Assembly: GCA_963813025.1 (NCBI GenBank) | Contig: CAWEXO010000011.1 | Span: 352,001-416,000 of the forward strand | DNA: 64,000 nt | Reading direction: 5' to 3' | Source of the DNA: an uncultured Verrucomicrobiae bacterium | GTDB lineage: Bacteria > Verrucomicrobiota > Verrucomicrobiia > Chthoniobacterales > JAFAMB01 | Shown here: piece by piece, positions 51,491 through 61,896 of the stretch | Numbering within the stretch: the stretch's first letter is position 1 | Layout of the letters: every line of letters starts with the position of its first letter | Translations under genes and position numbers: made by a program | The notes under the pieces: model-generated | What the model saw: the letters and a program-made list of their open reading frames with translations, nothing else | What the model was told of the DNA's origin: nothing | The model's database searches: none

Positions 51491-52490
51491 GGTGTCCCCC
51501 AGGCGGCGCCGTCGAACAACGAACGATTAATTCGGGAGCAAACATCCGAGTCTGGGCCTGGCCCCCGCTCCGCAGCCGGGCGAGCAAAAGCTCCATCGCG
51601 CATTGACCCATCTCCTGCACGGGCTGCGCGACCACCGTCAGTGGCGGATCAATGTAACGGGTCCAGAACGCGTCATCGAAACTGACGACGGAGAGCTCTT
51701 TGGGTATCGCGAGACCCGCTTCTTTCACATATGCAGTAAGTCCGGCAGTCATCTCGATGTTGGCGGAAAAGACCGCCGTAGGTGGATTACGCCGAGAGAG
51801 CAGCTTCTTTGCTCCGTCATAACCCGATTCCGCCTTAAAATTTCCGAAATACACGAAGCCTTTTTCCACCGGGAATCCATAACCCCGAAGGGTCATACGA
51901 AATCCGGCCAGCCGTCCACGCGCATTCGACAAATGCTGCGGCCCGGCGATGGTGGCAATCTTTCGATGATTGAGCGCGGCGAGATGCTGAATGGCCAGCG
52001 CCGCGCCGCGCTCGTTATCGACAACGACAGTATCCACCTGCTGAAGCCCGGATTCACGATCGAAATCGACCAGGACTGCCCCACTGTCCTGAAACAGGCG
52101 AAGCAAGTTACGGTTTGCTCCAGTCGAGCAATTGATTACCCCGGACACCTTGCGATCGAGGAGGAGCTGGAGGGCAGCCTCCTCTTTGGTGCTGTCTTCG
52201 TCGGCATTGCAGATCAGAACAGTGTAGCCGTTTGCTCGAGCGACATCCTCGACCGCTTTTACGGCCGAGGCGAAGAACGTATTTCGGATGTCCGATACCA
52301 CGATGCCGATGGTCCGAGTCTGATGGGTGCGCAGAGCGCGCTTTGTGCCATTTGGGGTATAGCCATGCCGATGGACCGCGGCGAGAACTCGCTGGCGCGT
52401 ATGCGCCGCGACGTCGGCCGGGCGGCTGAGCGATCGCGAGATGGTGGCAATACTGACGTTGAGTTCTCGGGCGAGCTGTTGCAGCGTCAT
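51486..52490 (-). CDS. LacI-family transcriptional regulator
   Basis: TLQQLARELNVSIATISRSL HTH; IPKELSVVSFDD, PPLTVVAQP. Confidence 0.93.
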   Translation of the reverse strand: MTLQQLARELNVSIATISRSLSRPADVAAHTRQRVLAAVHRHGYTPNGTKRALRTHQTRTIGIVVSDIRNTFFASAVKAVEDVARANGYTVLICNADEDSTKEEAALQLLLDRKVSGVINCSTGANRNLLRLFQDSGAVLVDFDRESGLQQVDTVVVDNERGAALAIQHLAALNHRKIATIAGPQHLSNARGRLAGFRMTLRGYGFPVEKGFVYFGNFKAESGYDGAKKLLSRRNPPTAVFSANIEMTAGLTAYVKEAGLAIPKELSVVSFDDAFWTRYIDPPLTVVAQPVQEMGQCAMELLLARLRSGGQAQTRMFAPELIVRCSTAPPGGHR

Positions 52491-52596
52491 AATGATAAAC
52501 GAAACGTTGGCCGCCTGGATCGCTGCACAAAATATTTAAGGATATGTGAGCGACGCAGGCTAAGGCTTGACTTTCAGTTGCCGGAACGATAACCGA

Positions 52597-52612
52597 ATGT
52601 AAAGTTTTACAT
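52597..52612. promoter_or_regulatory. Candidate LacI operator palindrome ATGTAAA-GT-TTTACAT
   Basis: Between the divergent LacI gene and ABC operon, downstream of TTGACT at 52567. Confidence 0.55.
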
Positions 52613-52742
52613 CGCCTTTCCTCAAGCACTAAAATTAAACACCGGTTATACCCCCGCCCGTGTGGGAAATTTATTCCAGAACGGCCCTTCCCCCAAGCCC
52701 GCACTGTACCGCCCGGGTAGCGCCGCGATGATTGGCTCCTGA

Positions 52743-54335
52743 ATGTCTCCTCCCGACATACCGCCAAACATTGCCGAGTTCCCCGCCCTCCAAATGCGCC
52801 GGATCTCCAAATCGTTCGGACCGACCCGCGTTCTTCTCGACGTCGATTTCGACCTCGAGCATGGAGAAATCCACGCCCTCATGGGAGAGAACGGCGCCGG
52901 AAAATCGACCCTCATGAAGATCGCGGCCGGCCTTATCGACGAGTACGACGGTGAAATCCTTGTCCGGGGCCAGCACGTGAGGTTTGCTTCACCCCGCGAA
53001 GCTTCCCGCACCGGGATCGCCATGATCCATCAGGAACTCAACCTCGTCCCCGAATTGCAGGTTGATGAGAACATTTTCCTGGGTCAAGAGAAGCTTGCGG
53101 GCGCATTCCTGGTCGATCGCCGCCGCCAGATCAAGGCGGCCCAGGAGATCCTCAAAAATCTTGATTTCCACGCGCCGATCGACGTACCGGTCTCCAAGCT
53201 CCGGGTCGGCGAGCAACAGCTGGTCGAAATCGCGAAGGCGCTGGCAGCAGATGCCCGGATTCTGATTATGGACGAACCAACGTCCGCGCTCTCAATCCAT
53301 GAATCGGAAAGACTTTTTCAGGTAATCCGCCGCCTTTCCGCCGAAGGAGTCGCTATTGTCTACATCTCGCATCGCATGGAGGAAGTCTTCGCCTTGGCGC
53401 ATCGGGTCACCGTACTGCGGGACGGCAAAAAAATCGGAACGTTGCCAGGCTACAACGCCAATCGCCGTGCACTCATCCGCATGATGGTCGGACGGGAACT
53501 GCAGGAAATGCTGGCAACGGGAAAATCCGCGACCAGTGATGGCGCAACTCCGGCCTTGGAGGTTCGACATCTCTGGATGGAACATCCGCGGCCCACGCCG
53601 AGCCGCCCAATGCTACTGAGCGATGTCAATTTCTCTGTCGCCGTGGGCGAAGTCTTTGGCATCGCCGGTCTTCTCGGGGCAGGGAGAACCGAGCTTCTCG
53701 AAGTACTTTTCGGTCTGCATCCGCAGACTTCCGGAGGCGAGGTCCGCGTCTTCGGAGCGCGGGTCTCGCTCAAGAATTCTGTCCAGGCAAAAGCAGTTGG
53801 ACTGGCGTTCGTCACCGAAGACCGCAAACGAGACGGTCTGATCCTTGAAACAGGAATCGATCGCAATGTTCAGCTCCCCGTGATGCGCACTGTTTCCCGG
53901 TCCGGCGTCCTTCTTCCCGCAAAAGAAGCGGCTTTGGCCGAGCACGCAATCAGAAGCCTTGCTATCCAGGCATCGGGACCAAAACAATCAGCCGGTACAT
54001 TGAGCGGGGGAAATCAACAAAAGGTAGTGGTCGCGAAGTGGCTGCAGACCAAGCCAAAGATTCTTCTACTGGATGAGCCAACCCGAGGGATTGATGTGGG
54101 AGCCAAAGCTGAAATCTATCGTTTGATTGACGAATTGGCGCAGCAAGGCCTGGCGATTGTTCTGGTCACCTCGGAGCTCCCTGAGTTGACGCTGCTCAGC
54201 GATCGAATTCTCGTTTTGCGGGAAGGGCGGCCAACTGCGCTCTTGCGCCGCGGGGAGTTCACCCATGAAAGCATTCTGGAGTTCATGTCTCCAGGAGGGG
54301 CCGTTCAGGGTGACCCGAAATTGGTGAACGCATGA
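52743..54335 (+). CDS. Sugar ABC ATPase (RbsA-like, two NBDs)
   Basis: GENGAGKST, MDEPTSAL, LSGGNQQK, DEPTRGIDVGAK. Confidence 0.93.
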   Translation: MSPPDIPPNIAEFPALQMRRISKSFGPTRVLLDVDFDLEHGEIHALMGENGAGKSTLMKIAAGLIDEYDGEILVRGQHVRFASPREASRTGIAMIHQELNLVPELQVDENIFLGQEKLAGAFLVDRRRQIKAAQEILKNLDFHAPIDVPVSKLRVGEQQLVEIAKALAADARILIMDEPTSALSIHESERLFQVIRRLSAEGVAIVYISHRMEEVFALAHRVTVLRDGKKIGTLPGYNANRRALIRMMVGRELQEMLATGKSATSDGATPALEVRHLWMEHPRPTPSRPMLLSDVNFSVAVGEVFGIAGLLGAGRTELLEVLFGLHPQTSGGEVRVFGARVSLKNSVQAKAVGLAFVTEDRKRDGLILETGIDRNVQLPVMRTVSRSGVLLPAKEAALAEHAIRSLAIQASGPKQSAGTLSGGNQQKVVVAKWLQTKPKILLLDEPTRGIDVGAKAEIYRLIDELAQQGLAIVLVTSELPELTLLSDRILVLREGRPTALLRRGEFTHESILEFMSPGGAVQGDPKLVNA

Positions 54336-55621
54336 AACAGTTCCTCGCCCAAGTCTGGAAATTCTTGCTGAAGACGAAGCTCTTCTGGGGTTTGGCCGTT
54401 CTCTACGGAGCAGGAATCGCTTTATCCCCGATCAATCGACATGGGGCGAATATATTTCTCTCGCCCGGCAACCAGTCAGACGTCCTCCGGCAGGTATCCA
54501 ACAACGGCGTGATCGCGGTCGGGATGACCATCGTCATCATCAGCGGGGGGATCGATTTATCGGTCGGGTCAATCATGGGGTTTGGATCGCTCCTGACCGC
54601 GATGCTTCTCTCGAAGCAAGGGTGGTCACCGGCTTCGGTAATCGCCGTGCCAATTCTGTCCTTAACCTGCCTTTTTCTGACCGTCTACCTCGCACCGCTG
54701 GTTTCCGCCGGCTTGAACCGCGACTCCGCCAAGGCAGTGGAAAAATCGGGTTCAGTCAGCCGGGTGGTCGGTTGGGTGGTCGGGTTAGCCCTGGCTGGGA
54801 CAGCCTTCTACTGTGCCGCTAGTCAGGTGCAACATAAATTCGGAGTTCTGGGAGTTCTGATCGCTGTGCCCGCCGTTGGTCTAGCCGTCGGCGCGTTAAA
54901 CGGGCTCATCATCTCCAAGTGCCGGATGCAACCTTTCATCGTGACGCTGGCCATGATGGTGGCAGTCTTGGGTATCGGCCGTTTGGTCGCCGGTCCGGAT
55001 CAAGCGATTTATCCCCTGGACTCGGTGAATTCCACGCCAAATTTCACGGTTCTCCGTGAATTGGTTCTGCAGGTTGTGCCTGTACCCGGGATTTTCTTTC
55101 TCGTCGCGGTTCTGGTCTTCGGGTTCATGCTGAAATCAACCACGTTCGGCCGATATATTTACGCTTTAGGCGGCAACGAACAAGCGGCCCGCCTGGCCGG
55201 GGTTCGGGTCGATCAGGTCAAAATCGCGACTTATGCAATTTCCGGAATGCTCGCAGCCTTGGCCGGTGTCATTTACGCCGCGCAATATCGCCAAGGATTG
55301 GCCGACGCCGGCAGCGGCGCCGAACTGAATGCCATCGCGGCCGTAGTGATTGGAGGAACCAATCTCATGGGCGGCAAGGGCTCGATGACGGGCACACTGG
55401 TCGGGGTGCTGATCTTTGGCTTTCTTGGAAATATTCTGCTGCTGAAAAATATCGATAGCAACACTCAACTGGTTCTCAAGGGAGCCATTATCATCGTCGC
55501 GGTGTTGCTCCAGGAAAGCCAGGGAGGACACTTCTTTAGGCGTTGGAAAACCAAAATGCGCCCGGAACCGGAGCAGAAAACAGAGAAAGCAATAGAAATG
55601 TCAACGACCTCGCGCCGATAG
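54332..55621 (+). CDS. Sugar ABC permease (RbsC-like)
   Basis: GGIDLSVGS, FGRYIYALGGNEQAARLAG, ELNAIAAVVIGG. Confidence 0.92.
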   Translation: MKQFLAQVWKFLLKTKLFWGLAVLYGAGIALSPINRHGANIFLSPGNQSDVLRQVSNNGVIAVGMTIVIISGGIDLSVGSIMGFGSLLTAMLLSKQGWSPASVIAVPILSLTCLFLTVYLAPLVSAGLNRDSAKAVEKSGSVSRVVGWVVGLALAGTAFYCAASQVQHKFGVLGVLIAVPAVGLAVGALNGLIISKCRMQPFIVTLAMMVAVLGIGRLVAGPDQAIYPLDSVNSTPNFTVLRELVLQVVPVPGIFFLVAVLVFGFMLKSTTFGRYIYALGGNEQAARLAGVRVDQVKIATYAISGMLAALAGVIYAAQYRQGLADAGSGAELNAIAAVVIGGTNLMGGKGSMTGTLVGVLIFGFLGNILLLKNIDSNTQLVLKGAIIIVAVLLQESQGGHFFRRWKTKMRPEPEQKTEKAIEMSTTSRR

Positions 55622-55685
55622 ACCGGTGGAAAAAGTTTAGTTAGCCCACAACAACCCCACACCCAAAACCGAATCCCCCGAAAAA

Positions 55686-56651
55686 ATGAAAAGAAGAACG
55701 TTCGTCAAAACAAGCGCGGCCGCGCTGGCCTCGAGTCTGTTAGTCAAGCCGTTTACAGGAAAAGCTGCCGAGAACAAACAATATGTGTTCGGCTTTTCTC
55801 AGGTTACCACCGTCGAGCCCTGGCGCGTGCAATTCAACAAAGACATGGAAAAGGAAGCCGCCAAGCATTCGAACCTGAAGCTGATCATCTCCGATGGCCA
55901 GGATAAGACGGAAAAACAAGTTTCGGACGTCGAAAGTTTCATTCAGCAGGGCGTGGATGTCCTGCTGGTCAGCCCGAAGGAATCGGCGGGCTTGACCGGG
56001 GCCGTGCTGAAAGCCATCGACGCGAAAATCCCCGTCATCGTGCTGGATCGCAATGTAAACACCGACAAGTACACCGTCTTCATCGGCGGCGACAACGTGG
56101 TCATCGGGAAACAGGCCGGCGCTTACGCGCTCGATCTGCTGGGCGGACAAGGCAAGGCGAAGGGAAATGTCGTCGAGCTCTGGGGCGGTATGGGCACGCA
56201 GCCGGCTCACGATCGGCACGACGGATTCTGGGCCGGTATGGGCAAGGAACCGGATGTGAAATCGCTGATGCAGCCGGTCGACTGCGATTGGAAACAGCAG
56301 AAAGGTTACGACGCGATGACCACCGCGCTGAAATCTTTTGAAAAGATCGACTTGGTTTACGGCCACAATGATCCGATCGCCTATGGCGCCTTTCTAGCCG
56401 CGAAAGATGCCGGCCGCGAGAAGGAGATAAAAATTCTCGGAATCGATGGCTTACCCGATCTCGGCGTCAGCTGGGTGGCCAAGGGTGAACTGACCGCAAC
56501 GTTCCTGTATCCCACGCCCGGAGCGGAGGGCGTCCGTCAAGGACTCAAGATCATGGCGGGAGAGAAAGTTCCTCATACCATCACCCTCCCGACGATGACG
56601 ATTGATCATACTAATGCGGAACAGATTCTAAAGGAAAACGGGTTAGCCTGA
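55686..56651 (+). CDS. Sugar ABC substrate-binding protein (RbsB-like), Tat-like signal
   Basis: MKRRTFVK; IPVIVLDR, YGHND, ILGIDG. Confidence 0.92.
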   Translation: MKRRTFVKTSAAALASSLLVKPFTGKAAENKQYVFGFSQVTTVEPWRVQFNKDMEKEAAKHSNLKLIISDGQDKTEKQVSDVESFIQQGVDVLLVSPKESAGLTGAVLKAIDAKIPVIVLDRNVNTDKYTVFIGGDNVVIGKQAGAYALDLLGGQGKAKGNVVELWGGMGTQPAHDRHDGFWAGMGKEPDVKSLMQPVDCDWKQQKGYDAMTTALKSFEKIDLVYGHNDPIAYGAFLAAKDAGREKEIKILGIDGLPDLGVSWVAKGELTATFLYPTPGAEGVRQGLKIMAGEKVPHTITLPTMTIDHTNAEQILKENGLA

Positions 56652-56657
56652 CTGTTA

Positions 56658-56743
56658 AGCTGAACAATTCAACAGGTAACAGCCGATCGAGCGGAGGACG
56701 CGGCGGGGGCGGCTTCAGCGGAGGGAGATAACTGAACAATTGG
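56658..56743. repeat. Partial copy E of the ~250-bp element (single arm)
   Basis: AGCTGAAC...CAGGTAACAGCCGATCGAGCGGAGG...GCGGCTTCAGCGGAGGGAGATAACTG. Confidence 0.75.
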
Positions 56744-56812
56744 TCAGTTCCACAGCTCACTGACGAAGCGCTCTCCAGAATAGTTGGAGAGCACGGACCA
56801 CTCGCCCGTGAC

Positions 56813-56833
56813 GTACCGCGGACGGCCTCGTCC
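56813..56833 (+). repeat. REP-like hairpin, variant of the 31467/57987 family
   Basis: GTACCGCGGACGGCCTCGTCC. Confidence 0.6.
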
Positions 56834-56932
56834 AGACGCTTCTGGCCGACGCGTCCGGCCGCTGGTCCGCTGTGAGCTATGGCCCCGTTCGTACCGATCC
56901 TGTAGGCCGACACGAGACGCTGTAAGAGTTAG

Positions 56933-57895
56933 CTAGGCAGGTGGGGGACTCTTCTGAGCGCTGGCCGCCCGGCGGCGTCGGCCGCTCAGAAGATAAATAG
57001 CCGACCGGACCTCGAGCAAGGGATCTCCGGATGGGTCGATCCCGTCGATCCGGGGGATGGGGTCAAAAATAATACGTCGATTCTCCGGATTATCATCGGC
57101 ACGCGCAGTCAAGGTAATCGTGCCTAAGGTGAGCTGAGGCCGATCTTCCGGCCAGTGAACCGTCGCATCATCAACCTGATCGTCCGGATCAGCCAGCTGC
57201 ACCAGCACTCTGAACGCCACCGGTTCGCGAGTGATCCGCGTAGTCAACTCGTCGAAGAGAAAATTCGGGTCTTTCGCTTCTGCCGAGGTTGCCTCGAGAT
57301 ATTCATTCCCAGCAGTCGGCAGGATTCGGAACCGACCGAATCGACTGGCGCCGCTGGCGTTGGTAAACCGAAGGGCAGTGACGCCAAAGAATGATTCCCG
57401 GGCGAAGCTGGTAGGGATCGGTTTCGGGACCTGCACATACCACAGGGCGCTCGGATGAGTCGCCAGGAATTCCTCGATCGGCGTTGGTTTCGGCGCGCCG
57501 GGCCCGCTCGCGGCGACCGCCCGAAGGAAAGCGAGAAACTCTTCGGGATTCCGAGTTGGAAACCCGTTCGTCGAATGCGCAATAATATCGGTGTGGACGT
57601 GTTCACCAAGTTGGAACCGGACGGCAAACCCTCGTGGACTGGCACCTGCCGGATCGTTGTCCGGAACGGTTGGAATACCGGCAGCATCCGAAAAACGGAC
57701 AAGCACGGGCATCGATTCTTTTTGGAAGTGCGGCGCTCGCGTTAGGCTGGCCGCCTCAGGCGTTGGTCTGAAAGTACCGACATACATCGCCCCTTTGGCG
57801 TGCACGGGTCGATAACCTGGATGCAGGCCCGACAATTGGTCGAGCGCTGCTAAAAGTTCCTGACTGAGGGCCTCAATTTTCGCATCACTACTCAT
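56933..57895 (-). CDS. Catalase-related peroxidase (SrpA-like)
   Basis: RPVHAKG distal His, VRFS, RSAIY proximal Tyr. Confidence 0.9.
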   Translation of the reverse strand: MSSDAKIEALSQELLAALDQLSGLHPGYRPVHAKGAMYVGTFRPTPEAASLTRAPHFQKESMPVLVRFSDAAGIPTVPDNDPAGASPRGFAVRFQLGEHVHTDIIAHSTNGFPTRNPEEFLAFLRAVAASGPGAPKPTPIEEFLATHPSALWYVQVPKPIPTSFARESFFGVTALRFTNASGASRFGRFRILPTAGNEYLEATSAEAKDPNFLFDELTTRITREPVAFRVLVQLADPDDQVDDATVHWPEDRPQLTLGTITLTARADDNPENRRIIFDPIPRIDGIDPSGDPLLEVRSAIYLLSGRRRRAASAQKSPPPA

Positions 57896-57983
57896 GGTAT
57901 CAGCCTTAGCCGGGTTCTTCTGTCGAGGCCAGATCGAATTGTCGGTTGAGCAGTTCTCAGGGACAGGCCCCTGATGATGCTCT

Positions 57984-58045
57984 CCCGTAGCGCGGACGGC
58001 CTCGTCCGTATCCGGAAGGCCACCCCAGGCAGCTCGCGCTACGGG
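57984..58045. repeat. GTAG-type REP-like doublet
   Basis: CCCGTAGCGCGGACGGCCTCGTCCGTAT ... CGCGCTACGGG with 11-bp inverted ends. Confidence 0.7.
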
Positions 58046-58051
58046 TTTTGC

Positions 58052-59035
58052 TCAGGACCCGAGGTCATCAGCCTGACGCCTGCTCTCCAATACAGCGCCC
58101 GGCCGCAACCTGAACCCGTGAGCAAACTCACTGGCTGACATCCGTCTTTTGGCTTCCAACTGGACGTCGAGCAAGAGAAGGGCGCCGCTGCCGCAGCCAA
58201 CTTTGATCCCGCGCTCCGATATGCCGACCACCACCCCGGGAACCGCTTGGCCACGGTGCAAGGGAAGGGCTCGATGAATCTTTAACCGACGCGGCGCGCC
58301 AGCGAGATCGCCGATGACAGTGTAGGCTCCCGGCCACGGATTCAGTGCGCGCACCAGGCGGTCAAGAACCCAGCAATCTTTTTGCCAGTCGATCCGCCCG
58401 GAAGCTCGATCCAGCTTTGGTGCATAAGTGGCGGCCGCATCGTCCTGTGGTATCCGCGGAGCGAAACCGGTCAGAAGGAGCTTGAGCGACTCCGCCAGTA
58501 CCTCGGGTGCCAATTGAGCCAGTCGATCATGGAGCGAGCCTCCGGTCTCGCGTCGACGGATCGGGAGCGGGCGAGCCAACAGTATGTCGCCCGTGTCGAG
58601 GCCTTCCGCCATGTACATTGCCGTAACTCCGGTCAGCCGGTCGCCAGCGAGAAGAGCCGCCTGGACGGGCGCCGCTCCACGATGCCTCGGCAGAAGTGAA
58701 GCGTGGAGATTAAGGCAAGCGAGGGCTGGCATTGCCAGAAGTGCTTTTGGCAAAATCTGGCCGTAAGCCATGACAATGATCAAGTCCGGTGCGAGCGACG
58801 CAATTTCGGCTAAGGCCTCCTGCCGGCGGATCTTCTCGGGCTGCAGCACGGGTAGCCCAAGTTGCCGCCCAATCCGCTTCGGCACAGGTTCCACCAGTTG
58901 CTGATGCCGGCCGGCTGGCCGATCCGGCTGGGTGACAAGCCCAACCAGTTGAACGTTTTCGGACCGGGCCAGCCAGTCGAGGGAAGGTGCCCCAATGTGA
59001 CCGGTACTAACAAACAGTACTCGCGGTTTTTCCAC
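58052..59035 (-). CDS. fmt: Methionyl-tRNA formyltransferase
   Basis: VTQPDRPAGR, NLHASLLPRHRGAAP, GLDTGD, RALNPWPG. Confidence 0.95.
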   Translation of the reverse strand: MEKPRVLFVSTGHIGAPSLDWLARSENVQLVGLVTQPDRPAGRHQQLVEPVPKRIGRQLGLPVLQPEKIRRQEALAEIASLAPDLIIVMAYGQILPKALLAMPALACLNLHASLLPRHRGAAPVQAALLAGDRLTGVTAMYMAEGLDTGDILLARPLPIRRRETGGSLHDRLAQLAPEVLAESLKLLLTGFAPRIPQDDAAATYAPKLDRASGRIDWQKDCWVLDRLVRALNPWPGAYTVIGDLAGAPRRLKIHRALPLHRGQAVPGVVVGISERGIKVGCGSGALLLLDVQLEAKRRMSASEFAHGFRLRPGAVLESRRQADDLGS

Positions 59036-59095
59036 TAAATCTCGTCGCTCTGAAGCGCGGTCTCGCTAGGTGAACGAATACAACAGCGCTTGCGA

Positions 59096-59704
59096 TCACG
59101 CGCGGAAGGCGAGGGAACCGTTCCGAGTTTCCCAAATAACCTCGACGATATCATGCAACACTTTTACCGGAGGTTGCATCGCGTCGATGCTCGTTACCCG
59201 GTCGTGATAGAATTCCAGGACCGGTTTTGTTTCGGCCTCATAAGTCGTTAGCCGGTTGGTAATGACCGTTTCGCTGGCATCGTCGAGCCGGTTGTCTTTG
59301 AGCGCGCGTTTGCGGAGCCGGCGCACCAGTTCCTGCCGATCGGGACACGAGAGGTGAAAAACCTGTTTCACGTCGATCAGCTCTTCCATTAACTTCGCTT
59401 GATTGTAGTTTCGCGGAATTCCGTCGAGCACCAGAGCGTCAATGTCCGGCTTAAAATGACCGGATTCGACCTGTCCTTCGATGCTGTAGCACCAGAGTTC
59501 CACCGTCAATTCATCCGGTACCAGCATACCCTTGCTGGAGTACTCAATGAACCTTTGTCCTAACGCGGTTCGCGTATCCAGCGCGCGAAAAACATCGCCA
59601 CAGGCACAATGAAAAAATCGCGGGACAGCGCCGAGAGCCTTGCCTTGAGTACCTTTACCGCCGCCTGGCGGTCCCATGATGAGATAGGTTATGTAGCGGT
59701 TCAT
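59096..59704 (-). CDS. adk: Adenylate kinase family (short LID)
   Basis: GPPGGGKGTQ, GDVFR, LVPDE, LDGIPR, RLDD. Confidence 0.85.
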   Translation of the reverse strand: MNRYITYLIMGPPGGGKGTQGKALGAVPRFFHCACGDVFRALDTRTALGQRFIEYSSKGMLVPDELTVELWCYSIEGQVESGHFKPDIDALVLDGIPRNYNQAKLMEELIDVKQVFHLSCPDRQELVRRLRKRALKDNRLDDASETVITNRLTTYEAETKPVLEFYHDRVTSIDAMQPPVKVLHDIVEVIWETRNGSLAFRA

Positions 59705-59768
59705 TCTGGTTCGTAGAAGAGAATTCGCAAGATCGGAACGAACCCGGACAAGAGCAAGCAAATTCTTA

Positions 59769-60239
59769 CTACCGCGAGAGATCGCTCTGGCTCAGGATTT
59801 TAAACCCTTCCCCGGTCAGAACGGACCAACCGCATTCGGAGTCATCCAAATGGAGCGCCATGGCGGAACGTCCATGTGGACGCACCAGGATCGGATAGCA
59901 AACCTGAATATTCACTTCGGCCATTAAAAGGCTGTAAAGCATCCGTTTGAGATCGACCGCGACCTCTTTCATTTCCACGACCAGGATCTCGGAAATGCTG
60001 TAAGCGACCTCATGAAGGTCAAACACATCCTCCACCATTTCGGGATCACTCGTTACAATGCGCACGATCGCTGAATCGGTCGAGTCCTGGGCATTGAGCG
60101 CGAGCACATGAACGTTGGCATCGTTCAGGAGCTTCACTACCTCCAGTAAAGCGCCCACCTTGTTCAGTAGAAAGATCGAGAACTGCTTTACTGTCGGTCC
60201 CGAGGTCTTTTCTTTAACCCTGGGCGATTCCGTCGGCAT
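59769..60239 (-). CDS. ACT-domain protein
   Basis: VKQFSIFLLNKVGAL tandem-ACT pattern. Confidence 0.82.
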   Translation of the reverse strand: MPTESPRVKEKTSGPTVKQFSIFLLNKVGALLEVVKLLNDANVHVLALNAQDSTDSAIVRIVTSDPEMVEDVFDLHEVAYSISEILVVEMKEVAVDLKRMLYSLLMAEVNIQVCYPILVRPHGRSAMALHLDDSECGWSVLTGEGFKILSQSDLSR

Positions 60240-60256
60240 GAGTTAGCCAGAGAATT

Positions 60257-60691
60257 TCATTTATAAGAGTAAATCAAACAAAAGGTCGAAGGTTGACCCT
60301 CCCGCAACGCCACCTTTACATAATAAACGCCGCTGGCGTCGGGACTAAATCCAGCCGCTGCTCGACTGTCGGATTCAAAAGGCTCGTAGTTGACCGGTTT
60401 GCCCTGTTCGTCGAAGACCGACACGCTGAGTTTCCCCCCGTTCACCGCGGCCGCGCTAAACCAGTACGCATTGCCCCCGTAGAGGCTGACCGAAATGATT
60501 TCCGGGTGATCGCGCGAAACTTTGCCGAACCAATCGCCGTCCCGGATTTTAAAGCCATCATTTTCGAACGCTCCAGCGAGATCGATCACCGCGCTGCGGG
60601 CATTGACTTGGTCATCCGACGCCGGAGCACCCCAAACGGTCGGGAAACACGTGCCGGCCAGAAAAACCATGACCAATACCAGACGCTTCAT
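60257..60691 (-). CDS. Hypothetical exported protein (beta-sandwich-like)
   Basis: Signal peptide; SGVYYVKV; overlaps upstream gene stop. Confidence 0.75.
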   Translation of the reverse strand: MKRLVLVMVFLAGTCFPTVWGAPASDDQVNARSAVIDLAGAFENDGFKIRDGDWFGKVSRDHPEIISVSLYGGNAYWFSAAAVNGGKLSVSVFDEQGKPVNYEPFESDSRAAAGFSPDASGVYYVKVALREGQPSTFCLIYSYK

Positions 60692-61527
60692 TCCTGGGTG
60701 GATATCTCTTTCGTCAGCTCACCGGCCGCTTGGTTCAGCATCTTTACTTCATCGAGTGTCGGAACATGGTCCGCCGGGAAAGAGACCATCTGCTGGATAC
60801 TCTGCAGCTTCTGATCGACTTGAGCAACCAGCTTGTCATCGCGCAATTTGCTGGGCAAAGCATTGAGCTTGCTCCGCAGAAATGCGACCAGCCAGGGCTG
60901 CCGGAGCAACCGCGCGTCAGCGGGATTGAAATTCTGTAAGAGAAGCCCGGTAACAACCTGTGTGCCGCGGATCCAGCCGCCCAAACTTACCAGGACAATC
61001 AAATTGTTGTCCCGATTATCTTTGAGCGACTTCTTCACCTCATTCTGGGTCGCTTCGAGTTCTTCGTGGAGCTGATCCCAAAGCCCGTTCTCGGCAAATT
61101 CAGTGATGCTCTTACTCCGGGAAAGAACGCCTTCCGAAACGCTGAGCTTCTTCGCCAGCGACAGCACGTCTTTGCCAACATTTTTGACTTGCTGACCGTC
61201 CTGGGCCTCAACAGCGATGTAACCGTCGGCGATTAGCGTGCCCAGATTTAACGCCATCTGGGCGCGGCTGGTCGAATCGATGGAAGTCGGCGGCCGATAC
61301 TGCGACGCCCAGTTCGGCTTACCTGATTTCTCGATTGCCGCGAAAAACTCGCCGGGCGTAGGAACCGTGACTGCATCGACCTTTGCCGCATTCTCCATCT
61401 CATTGGGGGTCAAGGGAGTATCGGCGGGAACAGAAGCCCGGTAATCCACATTGTCCTTGGCCAACCCGGCGCTCAGGAAGCTAAAAGCAATCGCGCCCGG
61501 CAAGAGCCATTTCCGCAGGAGGGCCAT
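60688..61527 (-). CDS. Hypothetical exported helical protein
   Basis: Signal peptide from ATG 61527; ALNLG..IAD and GGWIRG segments. Confidence 0.75.
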   Translation of the reverse strand: MALLRKWLLPGAIAFSFLSAGLAKDNVDYRASVPADTPLTPNEMENAAKVDAVTVPTPGEFFAAIEKSGKPNWASQYRPPTSIDSTSRAQMALNLGTLIADGYIAVEAQDGQQVKNVGKDVLSLAKKLSVSEGVLSRSKSITEFAENGLWDQLHEELEATQNEVKKSLKDNRDNNLIVLVSLGGWIRGTQVVTGLLLQNFNPADARLLRQPWLVAFLRSKLNALPSKLRDDKLVAQVDQKLQSIQQMVSFPADHVPTLDEVKMLNQAAGELTKEISTQE

Positions 61528-61741
61528 ACCGCGAGAGTCTAGCAACTGGCACCTTGGTGTCCAGCGAGGAACGACGCGTTTGCGCGTCAGTTCATGGCCC
61601 GGGCACGGTCCCGCTTGAATATGAAACGCCGGTCTCTGCTGCATCGCCGGCCAAATCGCGAGACAATCTCTTTTTTCGAGCGGCCTTCGGCGAAGACTCA
61701 TTCAAGCCAGACGCTGGAGTTGCCGACTTCGCAAGGACGGT

Positions 61742-61819
61742 TCCGCCTTCGCCAAGGCTATGGCGGACACGTCAAACAAGTTCTCGCTACGCTCGTCCGC
61801 CAAGGCGGATCGCCCTACC
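61742..61819. repeat. Cluster of REP-like hairpins
   Basis: TCCGCCTTCGCCAAGGCTATGGCGGA and reverse-strand GGTAGGGCGATCCGCCTTGGCGGACG. Confidence 0.6.
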
Positions 61820-61896
61820 AGCACAAGGCTACGGAAGTCTGAGGCAATGTTGCGACCCGATTATCTTTGGTTGGATCCGTTTTATTTTTTTGACTC

